DNA of 34,707 nt from Proteobacteria bacterium SPGG2. Lineage in GTDB: Bacteria > Pseudomonadota > Gammaproteobacteria > Acidiferrobacterales > SPGG2. Of the stretch, positions 26,810 to 34,707 are shown in pieces; the stretch's first letter is position 1; the number at the start of each line of letters is the position of its first letter. The notes under the pieces are model-generated. The model did not search any database and was not told the DNA's origin. It saw only the letters and a list, made by a program, of their open reading frames with translations. A program made the translations under genes and the position numbers. The stretch spans positions 483-35,189 of the forward strand of contig LXTK01000241.1 of assembly GCA_001643475.1 (NCBI GenBank), given 5' to 3'.

Positions 26810-26947
26810 GGCACTCGGAATCAAAACTCCAACAGACCATGGGCCATCAATAATTGACGACCTACACACAGCTACATGGTGTCCAACCCAATGACCACCT
26901 TTGTAGGTAAACGCCGCGAGCTTGCGCTCCAAAGGTTCGGTACGCAT
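26792..26947 (-). other. 51-codon ORF starting with a duplicated copy of the RBS region and first 12 codons of the cyclase gene at 29453
   Basis: The ORF begins MRTEPLERKLAA..., identical in protein to codons 1-12 of the gene at 27693..29453 and about 33/36 identical in DNA. The remainder is unrelated, and the ORF overlaps the 3' end of the plus-strand cyclase. It is likely a remnant rather than a gene. Confidence 0.3.
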
Positions 26948-27011
26948 GGAAATGATTCCTTGGCTCCGCTGTCTAGACGATAATTATGTTACACGCTTAG
27001 CGGCGTTTTCG

Positions 27012-27602
27012 TCACCGACTCCGTAGTGCCTCCTGTACGAAATCCAATCGGTCTTGACCGAAAAACATCTGGTCGCCGACAAAGAACGTGGGCACGCCGA
27101 AGGCACCACGGGCCACTGCGTCGTCCGTATTCTTTCGCAGCCGACTCTTGATGTCGTCCCGCTGGATCTCGGCAAAGTACGCATCTGCATCCAACCCCGC
27201 TTCGACAAGGGTTGCCCGGACTTCATCCACTTCGTTTAGGTTTCTAGCATGAACCCATATGGCCTCGAACATGGTCTTGACGTAAGCGTCCGTCTCCTCG
27301 CGTTCCTCGGCAACAAATACGCCTCGCATGATCGGCAGTGTCTGGATGGGTGAATGCGGATTCATGACAAATGGTACGTCGAGATGTTTGGCCCGCATGA
27401 TCAAATCGTCGAAGTACCATTTACGCTTTGCGGGGATCGACAAGGGCCCCGGATTGCCTGTCGACTTGAAGATGCCGCCGCAGAATACCGGCGTCATGCG
27501 TAACCGGCACCCGGCCTCCTCGGCAATAGTCGGAAGCTGGGTCCACGCCAGATAGGTTGGAAAACTGACGACATCGTAAACGAACTCTAGTTGCTTAGAC
27601 AT
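27012..27602 (-). CDS. 2-hydroxychromene-2-carboxylate isomerase / DsbA-like (GST-kappa-like) family protein
   Basis: The 196-aa protein has a C-terminal ...ARGAFGVPTFFVGDQMFFGQDRLDFV... typical of the HCCA isomerase family. The N-terminal thioredoxin-like strand has FPT in place of CxxC. Confidence 0.82.
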   Translation of the reverse strand: MSKQLEFVYDVVSFPTYLAWTQLPTIAEEAGCRLRMTPVFCGGIFKSTGNPGPLSIPAKRKWYFDDLIMRAKHLDVPFVMNPHSPIQTLPIMRGVFVAEEREETDAYVKTMFEAIWVHARNLNEVDEVRATLVEAGLDADAYFAEIQRDDIKSRLRKNTDDAVARGAFGVPTFFVGDQMFFGQDRLDFVQEALRSR

Positions 27603-27692
27603 GTTCCGCGCTTGGGCGTCATAAACTTATCGAGGTACGCTAATTTATCACCTCGGAGGAGTTTGACCGAGTTCAGCGCCCCAAGGGACGGA

Positions 27693-29453
27693 CTAAACTT
27701 CCCACCCCGCCTTGCGCAGGCCGTCCAGATTTAACTCCGTCTGGACCGAATTCAGAACAAAAATCTTGCGATAGTCGTCGGCCGTTTTGATGCCGCGTTT
27801 TGACAGGTATTCATCCAGACACACGCGCGCTTCCTCCTTGCGCCCCATGTGGCCAAGAAGGATGGTCTTGAACCCGAGATAGGAGACGTCGTGGGGCCGA
27901 GCGCTGAGACATTTCTCGAGGTGCACATACGCTTCCTCGAACCGTCGCTGCCCAAGCGTCGCTTGCACGAGCTGGAAATAATAATTGTGTAGCTTCGGGT
28001 CAAGGGGGCTGAGCTTGAGACACATTTGCCCATACCCTTCCGCCTCCTCGGGCTCGCCGGAGTGGGTCAGGGCCAAGGCAAGCACCTCATAGGCCTCGGG
28101 TGAACTTGGGTTGAGCTCGACCGCCTTGCGTCCGGCCTCCACCGCTTGTTTCAAGTCGCCTTTCCAGATGTGGGCCATGCATAGCACCAAATAAATTCGG
28201 AAGTTCCTGGGATCGATCGCTGTCGCCTTCTTTGCCAGATCGAACATGGTAGCCGCTCCATCGACGTAGTCAGCGTATTGGGCATAGACATCGGCGCTGT
28301 AACAAAGCGCCAACGCAGTGTAGGCGTCGGCGAATGTGGGATCGGCTTCGATCGACTTTTCGAACAGTTGTTTTGTCTCCGTCCGGTATCTGCCGTAAGA
28401 GGGCATGTTGGCCAATCCGCGCAGGTACAGCTCCCAGGAGTTTAGGTTTCCCGGCCGTTTTCGAGTCACCGCCAATATTTCCGCCTTGCTCATCTCGGGC
28501 TCGACGGCGGCGACAATATTGGTGGTGATCTCGTCCTGAACCGCGAAAACGTCCTCGAGTTCGCGGTCGTAGCGGTCGGCCCATAAATGGTTTCCGGTCG
28601 AACCGTCGATGAGCTGAGCGCTGATGCGCACCCGATTCCCCGCTTTGCGCACGCTACCCTCGAGCACATAGCGTGCCCCCAGATCGTTGGCCACCTGGCG
28701 CACGTCGGGTGATTGGTTTTTATAGGCGAAAGTGGAATTACGCGCGATCACCGGAAAAGACCGCCAAGCCGCAAGCAAGGTGATGATATCTTCGGTCAAG
28801 CCGTCGCTAAAGTAATCCTGTTCCGGATCGCCACTGATATTGTTGAAGGGCAGCACGGCAATCGAAGGCTTGCCGGCTAACGGAATCGCGCCTGCCTCTG
28901 GGCTGGGACGTTCTGTAACTTCGTCCAGCCCTTGCTGCACCCGATACGCCCGTACCGGCTCGGCAATATTCTTGACCTCTTGCTCGCCCATGAACCCGTA
29001 GCTAAGTGGCAGCTTCTTGCCAATCGCGGTGCGCACGGATTCGGAGATGCAGATACCACCCGGTTCGGCGAGACTCTCGAGGCGGGCCGCCACGTTGACG
29101 CCATCACCATAGATCTCGTCTTGATCGACAATCACTTCACCCAGATTGATGCCGATACGGAACTGGACCTTGCGATCGTCGGGGAGATCTTGATTGCAGT
29201 CTTTGAGGTGGCGTTGCACATCGACGGCACAACTCAGCGAATCGGAGACAGTAGCAAAATCGGCAAGCACAGCATCGCCCGCGTAGTGCACCACGCGGCC
29301 TCTGTGGGACTCGATGCCGACTGTGATAACGTCAAGGTAAGCGCGTAACGCGCGATGGGTACCCTCCTCATCCTCACCCGTCAGTCGACTATAGCCGGCG
29401 ACGTCGGCGTAGAGGATGGCGGCGAGCTTGCGTTCTAAAGGTTCGGTACGCAT
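27693..29453 (-). CDS. Class III adenylate/guanylate cyclase fused to TPR repeats
   Basis: The N-terminal CHD has LAAILYADVAGYSRL...YAGDAVLADF...GDGVNVAARLES. A middle region follows, then C-terminal TPR-like repeats. The start is the ATG at 29453 (MRTEPLERK...), or possibly the ATG at 29495. Confidence 0.85.
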   Translation of the reverse strand: MRTEPLERKLAAILYADVAGYSRLTGEDEEGTHRALRAYLDVITVGIESHRGRVVHYAGDAVLADFATVSDSLSCAVDVQRHLKDCNQDLPDDRKVQFRIGINLGEVIVDQDEIYGDGVNVAARLESLAEPGGICISESVRTAIGKKLPLSYGFMGEQEVKNIAEPVRAYRVQQGLDEVTERPSPEAGAIPLAGKPSIAVLPFNNISGDPEQDYFSDGLTEDIITLLAAWRSFPVIARNSTFAYKNQSPDVRQVANDLGARYVLEGSVRKAGNRVRISAQLIDGSTGNHLWADRYDRELEDVFAVQDEITTNIVAAVEPEMSKAEILAVTRKRPGNLNSWELYLRGLANMPSYGRYRTETKQLFEKSIEADPTFADAYTALALCYSADVYAQYADYVDGAATMFDLAKKATAIDPRNFRIYLVLCMAHIWKGDLKQAVEAGRKAVELNPSSPEAYEVLALALTHSGEPEEAEGYGQMCLKLSPLDPKLHNYYFQLVQATLGQRRFEEAYVHLEKCLSARPHDVSYLGFKTILLGHMGRKEEARVCLDEYLSKRGIKTADDYRKIFVLNSVQTELNLDGLRKAGWEV

Positions 29454-29527
29454 GGGGGGCGTCCCTTTGTTCGTTCGCTTGGGAACAGCCGCCATATTAC
29501 TACAACGGAAATCCTTGTCGAAGACGA

Positions 29528-30091
29528 TTAGGTGTGGCTAAAGCGCTTGGCGCTGCGATCCTTTGGATCTTGCTCCAACCCTAAGCATGATTGGCGCAGG
29601 TGGTTCCACAGATTAAGACGCGTCCAGTCCGGTTCGGGTAGCGGCTTGAGTTCATCCGAAAGGAACGGGTTAGGTAAGAAAACGGTCAGCTGTTGCTCGT
29701 CTTTGCCATTGAACAACCGCAACCCCCAGCCAACCGGGGCATCTGCATCGTCCAAGTGTCGATAGAGTTCAGCGTGGCTGGTTCGACGCCAGGCAGCCAG
29801 TTCAGGCGTAACCGGATTGTTGCGGCTACCCTTGTGCTGGCCAATACAGACATGAAAATGCCAAGCGCCGAAGTCGACGGTCAAGTAACCATCGTACAAA
29901 GAGATTCGGGTAGGTGCATTGGGCGCCCTGATCTCCCAAACTGCGCCCTGAATCAAAATACCAAAATGAATCGAAGACCAGTAGTGCTCAAAGATGTCCT
30001 TGCAAAGTCCGAACAGAAAGTCTTCCGATGTATCTAGCGGAAACACCTCCAACACGCCCATGCCGGGCTCATCGACACGCTCGGGCATCAC
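29528..30091 (-). CDS. Hypothetical protein, last gene of the amidohydrolase-aminotransferase operon
   Basis: A 187-aa ORF starting 8 nt after the aminotransferase stop, with codon usage like its neighbours. It contains GAWHFHVCIGQHKG. No family recognised. Confidence 0.6.
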   Translation of the reverse strand: MMPERVDEPGMGVLEVFPLDTSEDFLFGLCKDIFEHYWSSIHFGILIQGAVWEIRAPNAPTRISLYDGYLTVDFGAWHFHVCIGQHKGSRNNPVTPELAAWRRTSHAELYRHLDDADAPVGWGLRLFNGKDEQQLTVFLPNPFLSDELKPLPEPDWTRLNLWNHLRQSCLGLEQDPKDRSAKRFSHT

Positions 30092-30099
30092 ATAACTTC

Positions 30100-31476
30100 T
30101 TAAGCGGCCTTGAGTATACCCATTGCATCGTCAAGGGCACGACTTAGTCGATCGAAAAGGTCATCGATTTCCGCTTCGGTAATGACCAACGGCGGACAGA
30201 TACCGACGGAGTCGCTTGGCAGCGGTCTTACGATAAGCCCGTGCTTCAAGGCATTCGTTTCGACCGCGGCCGCCGCTTTGGTCTCGGGTGGAAAAGATTG
30301 CTTGGTCGATTTATTGGCGACAATTTCGATTCCTCCGATCAACCCGACACCGCGCGCATCCCCTACCAATGGATGCTCGCTCAAGGCTTTAAGGCGCGCT
30401 TGAAACCTCGGCGCAACATCGCGCACATGGCCCAAAATGTCGCGTTCTTCATAGATCTTGAGGGTTTCCAGGGCAACCGCAGCAGCAACCGGGTGTCCGC
30501 CATAAGTATTGCCGGTGCCGAACACACCAAGTTTGCGGCTTTGTTCGACGAACGCCTGGTAAATGGGGGCAGAAACCATTACGGCACCAATCGGCAGATA
30601 GGCCGACGAGAGCTGTTTGGCGCAGGTCACCATATCCGGGGTAATGCCGTAGGTTTGTGAGCCCCACATATTTCCCGTACGACCGAAACCGCAAATGACT
30701 TCATCCGCAATCATGAGGATGTCGTGGCGTTTGAGTATGACCTGTACTTTTTCGAAATAGCCGTTCGGCGGTGTCATAACGCCGCCAGCCCCCATCACCG
30801 GCTCGGCGATAAAGGCGGCAATAGTGTCAGGACCTTCGCTAAGAATTAACTGCTCAAGACTTTCGGCCAACCGATTGGTGAATTGCTCTTCACTTTCGTT
30901 CGGCTCGGCATAACGATAGTAACACGGCGTGTCGGTATGATAGACCCGTTCGATCGGCAGATCGAAATCGTTATGCAGGTAAGGTAGGCCAGTAAGACTA
31001 GCCGCCGCAATCGTTACACCGTGGTAGCCGCGCTTGCGCGCAATGATTTTCTTCTTGTGCGGACGTTCAAACGCGTTATTGTAGTACCACACAAGCTTCA
31101 TCGCGGTGTCCACCGCCTCCGACCCGGAGTTCACAAAATACACTTTGGCCATCGGCTCAGGCGCCATGCCGATGAGCTTTTCCGCAAGCGCAATCACCGG
31201 TTCGGTAGAGCGGTGCGCAAACGTATGAGAGAAAGGTAAGTTTTGCAGTTGTCGAGTGGCGGCTTCGACTAACCTCGGTTCGCTTGACCCGAGCGAAACA
31301 CACCAAAGACCAGCCAATCCCTCAATATAACGGTTACCGTCGCTATCCCATACGTATATCCCCTCCCCACGGGTAATGATCAACGGCCCTCGGTCTTCGT
31401 GAGCAGCCAGATTGGTGTAGGGATGTAGGTTGTAGGCAATGTCTTTTTTGGCCAGCGAGTCTGTATGGTTTGACAT
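30100..31476 (-). CDS. Class III (omega-) aminotransferase, PLP-dependent
   Basis: An AGGAGG SD lies 8 nt upstream. The peptide has ...LAGLWCVSLG..., FVNSGSEAVDTAMK, ADEVICGFGRTG and TCAKQLSS (the Schiff-base Lys context). Its 458-aa length is like SpuC or beta-alanine:pyruvate transaminases. Confidence 0.92.
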   Translation of the reverse strand: MSNHTDSLAKKDIAYNLHPYTNLAAHEDRGPLIITRGEGIYVWDSDGNRYIEGLAGLWCVSLGSSEPRLVEAATRQLQNLPFSHTFAHRSTEPVIALAEKLIGMAPEPMAKVYFVNSGSEAVDTAMKLVWYYNNAFERPHKKKIIARKRGYHGVTIAAASLTGLPYLHNDFDLPIERVYHTDTPCYYRYAEPNESEEQFTNRLAESLEQLILSEGPDTIAAFIAEPVMGAGGVMTPPNGYFEKVQVILKRHDILMIADEVICGFGRTGNMWGSQTYGITPDMVTCAKQLSSAYLPIGAVMVSAPIYQAFVEQSRKLGVFGTGNTYGGHPVAAAVALETLKIYEERDILGHVRDVAPRFQARLKALSEHPLVGDARGVGLIGGIEIVANKSTKQSFPPETKAAAAVETNALKHGLIVRPLPSDSVGICPPLVITEAEIDDLFDRLSRALDDAMGILKAA

Positions 31477-31568
31477 GCTCTTATCCTCCTAAATTCTTGG
31501 CGCCACCCCAAGCTTACCGCCCATTGTGGCCAATCTGGCCATATAGGTAAACTGGCTTCGTTACTGTC

Positions 31569-32720
31569 TTAGGTAGCTAGATCGTCGCTGAATCCGTAGA
31601 AACGCAGACAATTGTCCCACATGATCTTCTTTTTGGATTCGAGACCTACCCCAGGTAATTCGAGGAAAGTATCGATCCCGTGTGGAAACGGCCCATCGGC
31701 ATGCGGATAGTCCACCGACATAACGACATTCTCGTCACCGATCATATCGATAACGATCTTTAGCATTTCCTCGTCTACATCGGTTGCAATAAAACACTGC
31801 CGCTTGAAGTACTCACTCGGTAGCGCCGATAATTGAACCGATTCACCGCCGCCATATTTTCCCCATTGATCATCGAGGCGCTCCAACCACCAGGGCAGCC
31901 AGCCACAATTACCTTCCAGAAACCCTACCCGTAGATCCGGAAACCTCTCTAGCACTCCACCCAAGATCATGGCCCCTAGGGCCAACATAAGCTCAAACGG
32001 AAACGCCGAGGCATGATTTAAGGTGCGAAAATTTGGCAACCCGACGAAACGGTTGGATACGTAATCTTGGCAGGCGCCGCCGCTGGTTCCATGGAACGTA
32101 AGCGGTATTCGCAAGCGCATCAGTTCTCGCCATAACACATCACATTCGGGCGCGTTGAAATAGCGACCATTGACAGGCATCGGTAACAACACCACCGCCA
32201 CATGGTGTTTTTCCTCGACCGCACGCCGCGCTTCGGTTGCCGCCATTTCGGGGTCGTGCAAAGACAAAATCGCCGATGCTTTTAAACGCTTCGGATCTGT
32301 GGCGCAGTAATCGGCGAGCCAATCGTTAAAGGCTGCACAACAGGCGGTTGCATATTCGGCTTCAAGCGAATCGATAGACACCACCATGTGCGCAAACGTG
32401 CGATACAAGACTGCAAAATCAATGCCCTCGATGTCCATCGATTCGAGCGTGGAAGTTGCATCATAGTCACGCTCACGTATCGACCGGTATACATCTTCCG
32501 TTGGAGTATCCATGTACTTCTGTGCGTTGGCCACGTCTCGATCGAGCGCCCATGGCGGAATAATGCGGCCCTGAACTTCCCAATGCGGAAAGTTGGTAGG
32601 TGCCCACCCCAAATATTTGGGCATTACTGAGTGATATCTTTCATCCAAGTACTGTTCGTAGACATCGCTCGGCTCGATGACGTGGAGATCACTGTCTATG
32701 ATGTGCAAACCATCTTTCAT
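31569..32720 (-). CDS. Amidohydrolase-2 (ACMSD-like metal-dependent hydrolase/decarboxylase) family protein
   Basis: The N-terminus IIDSDLHVIEP carries the HxH-type metal motif. The 383-aa TIM-barrel-like length and C-terminal DYPH...D residues fit the PF04909-type family. Confidence 0.85.
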   Translation of the reverse strand: MKDGLHIIDSDLHVIEPSDVYEQYLDERYHSVMPKYLGWAPTNFPHWEVQGRIIPPWALDRDVANAQKYMDTPTEDVYRSIRERDYDATSTLESMDIEGIDFAVLYRTFAHMVVSIDSLEAEYATACCAAFNDWLADYCATDPKRLKASAILSLHDPEMAATEARRAVEEKHHVAVVLLPMPVNGRYFNAPECDVLWRELMRLRIPLTFHGTSGGACQDYVSNRFVGLPNFRTLNHASAFPFELMLALGAMILGGVLERFPDLRVGFLEGNCGWLPWWLERLDDQWGKYGGGESVQLSALPSEYFKRQCFIATDVDEEMLKIVIDMIGDENVVMSVDYPHADGPFPHGIDTFLELPGVGLESKKKIMWDNCLRFYGFSDDLAT

Positions 32721-32916
32721 CCAACTTTCCTCGCTGTGATCAGGGTACCACGCAAAATTCCAGATTGCCTATTCACCGATGGCGCACCGACAACATCAAG
32801 AAAGTACTCGTTTTATCGCTGTATTTGTATCGTACTTAAGCTTTTGCGCACCGACAAATTTCAACTAAGCTTGTAGCTTGTAGCTGGTAGCGCGTTAGCA
32901 TCAGTAGGTACGTAAC

Positions 32917-33243
32917 ATGACACGCTGGTATGACAGATATGACGAGTTAGGTAAATATCTCGATCTCATGGCAGAACTTAGCCCGGAGCAGAGAGACGAG
33001 CTTGTAAAAGGAATCATGGTCATAATTAAGAGAGAGAGCCCTGATTTTCTAACTGATCTCGTACTGCAGTTTCCGTTGGATCTGTTTCGAAGACGCTGGT
33101 ACGACAAAGACCCTTATTTATGGTTGGTATTTAATGGCCTTGAATACGCAGACGATGCTATGGTCAAAAAAGTCATTGACTACTTTAAGGAAACCGCGTC
33201 GGCAGTCAAAGGAGAGTATGACCTTAAGCGATCGGCACGATGA
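32917..33243 (+). CDS. Hypothetical protein in an AT-richer patch
   Basis: A 108-aa ORF with an ATG start. It has an internal echo of RWYD(R/K)(Y/D) at residues 3-8 and 69-74. Its composition is visibly AT-richer than its neighbours. No family recognised. Confidence 0.5.
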   Translation: MTRWYDRYDELGKYLDLMAELSPEQRDELVKGIMVIIKRESPDFLTDLVLQFPLDLFRRRWYDKDPYLWLVFNGLEYADDAMVKKVIDYFKETASAVKGEYDLKRSAR

Positions 33244-33272
33244 CGCTTTTTATCTGAGAAGTAGAACTGGCC

Positions 33273-34580
33273 TTAGGCGGGTAACGGAACTTTTTGCTCC
33301 GCTTGTCGCTTGCCACGGGTTGCGGGCCGGGCCAAGCAAGACCAGTCTCCCGCCTTCAATGCATCGATATCCCCGGACACATCCCGTTTTTGCTTAACCG
33401 CACTAACGACTACCGGCGCTGACATGGGATGACCAATCATAATCGCACCAACGATACGCCCGTCGGCGATCACAATCTTACGATAGGTGTGCTTCACATC
33501 GTTCAGTTTGGCAATAACGACCTCGTCTCGCGAGCGTGGTTCGAATCGACCGATTGATGTAAGGTGAATGCCGGCCACCTTGAGCATAGTCTCCTGCGCG
33601 GTGATTCCATGCCGAGCATCACCGCCGAGCGCATTGATGGCAGCTACCTCGGCCTGCTCTACCGCTGATGGCCATAACCCGGATACACGACCCTCGAATT
33701 CTGCAATATCACCGGCGGCGAATATGCTGTAATCCGCGGTACGCATGTGATCATCTACGACCACACCCCGGTTCGACGCTAGCCCTGCGTCCTTGGCTAA
33801 CCCGATGTTAGGCGTAATACCAGCACATGCCAGGAATACATCGCAGCGCATTTGTTGGTTAGATTTTAGACGGACCTCGTGTACACGTTTATCGCCGCGC
33901 AGTGCACTGGCCTCGGCCTTGAGATCGATGCCAATACCCAGCCCCTCGAGGTAATTTTGCAAAATGCCCGCACCGGTTGCATCAAGCTGACGTCGCAGCA
34001 ACCACTCGCCGCGCTCCAATACGGCTACATCGAGCCCAAGCTGATGCATACCGAAGGCGGCTTCGAGCCCTAGAAGCCCACCGCCGGCGACTACCGCTTG
34101 GCGGCAACCGTGTTCCTGTACAAACTCGCGGATATGCATGGCATCTTCCGCCTCGCGCACAACGAATGCGCCCGGCATATCGATCCCGTGGATGGTGGGC
34201 ACAAAGCTCGTACTTCCCATGGCAAGAATCAAGCGATCATATTCCAGGGCCTCACCGACCCCGAGATGCACACAGCGCTGCTTTCGATCGATACCGACAG
34301 CACGGGTATTCAACCAACAGTTTATTTCGCGGTCGTCATACCACGATTCCGGCATCAAGGTGAGGCCCCGCATAGCCGAGCGGCCGTAGATAAGACGGGT
34401 AATCGCCATGCGATTGTAGAGATGGTACCTCTCACGCCCAATAACATGGATCTTGCAATCAGGGTGTCGTCGACGAATGTGATCCGCTGTGGTAATGCCG
34501 GCGATTCCGTTGCCGATAATGACGACGGATTTGCCGTTGTCATTGTGACCGGTGATGACTCGGCGAATGTCTCGCGGCAT
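33273..34580 (-). CDS. NAD(P)/FAD-dependent oxidoreductase (NirB N-terminal / rubredoxin-reductase-like)
   Basis: It has two dinucleotide folds, VVIIGNGIAGITTA and AVVAGGGLLGLEAA, plus FAAGDIAE. The 435-aa protein lacks the siroheme/Fe-S domains of full NirB. Confidence 0.88.
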   Translation of the reverse strand: MPRDIRRVITGHNDNGKSVVIIGNGIAGITTADHIRRRHPDCKIHVIGRERYHLYNRMAITRLIYGRSAMRGLTLMPESWYDDREINCWLNTRAVGIDRKQRCVHLGVGEALEYDRLILAMGSTSFVPTIHGIDMPGAFVVREAEDAMHIREFVQEHGCRQAVVAGGGLLGLEAAFGMHQLGLDVAVLERGEWLLRRQLDATGAGILQNYLEGLGIGIDLKAEASALRGDKRVHEVRLKSNQQMRCDVFLACAGITPNIGLAKDAGLASNRGVVVDDHMRTADYSIFAAGDIAEFEGRVSGLWPSAVEQAEVAAINALGGDARHGITAQETMLKVAGIHLTSIGRFEPRSRDEVVIAKLNDVKHTYRKIVIADGRIVGAIMIGHPMSAPVVVSAVKQKRDVSGDIDALKAGDWSCLARPATRGKRQAEQKVPLPA

Positions 34581-34606
34581 GCTCGTTTTTCCCGATTGAT
34601 TTTGAT

Positions 34607-34707
34607 TTAGTTTTCGTCCGGCGTCATAAGATCATGCCATTCCGGTAGCTTAACGGTGCGGTTCCGCAAACCCCAATGATGGCTGAAGTCTATGGCGCGT
34701 GTGTCGG
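34607..34707 (-). CDS. 3' end of an unidentified gene running in from beyond the window
   Basis: The frame is open from the window edge to a TAA at 34607-34609. It encodes ...DTRAIDFSHHWGLRNRTVKLPEWHDLMTPDEN and ends 26 nt upstream of the oxidoreductase start. Only 33 codons are visible. Confidence 0.25.
   Translation of the reverse strand, partial: DTRAIDFSHHWGLRNRTVKLPEWHDLMTPDEN

Noticed and set aside
31527-31541. TGGCCA-N3-TGGCCA upstream of the aminotransferase gene, considered as a sigma54 -24/-12 promoter.
   Set aside because: The GG-to-GC spacing is 3 nt too short for the TGGCAC-N5-TTGC consensus. It may be an operator, but it is not a sigma54 promoter.

Overview
The window looks like a chromosomal segment of a moderately GC-rich proteobacterium; synteny such as rplM-rpsI and tesA/ybbA/ybbP suggests a gammaproteobacterium. 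All calls come from reading the sequence and ORF track and from remembered family motifs. No database search was run. About 35 genes are supported. They include tRNA-Gln, rplM-rpsI, a thioredoxin-like 2Fe-2S ferredoxin, a GlcF-like Fe-S oxidoreductase, coq7, an MFS transporter, ATP-PEPCK, NDH-2 and a Tat-signal intradiol dioxygenase-like protein. They also include class III ADH, ybbP-ybbA/tesA, a methyltransferase, a GGDEF protein, AraC-Ogt, a LysR regulator, two DUF1127 proteins and a GFA-AlaX-YfcH operon. The remainder are two class III nucleotide cyclases flanking a DsbA-like isomerase, an amidohydrolase-transaminase-unknown operon and a NirB-like flavoprotein. I saw no transposase, integrase, CRISPR array, rRNA or recognisable defence gene. 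The items most worth follow-up are: (1) an orphan promoter-terminator unit of about 160 nt upstream of rplM, antisense to a 34-codon ORF with a strong SD (sRNA, type I TA-like module or attenuator). (2) A free-standing homologue of the archaeal ThrRS editing domain, about 2 kb from a free-standing AlaX. (3) A decayed ppdK relic with frameshifts and a large internal deletion. (4) A duplicated 5' end of a cyclase gene. (5) A frameshifted GFA gene. (6) Short dispersed intergenic motifs.
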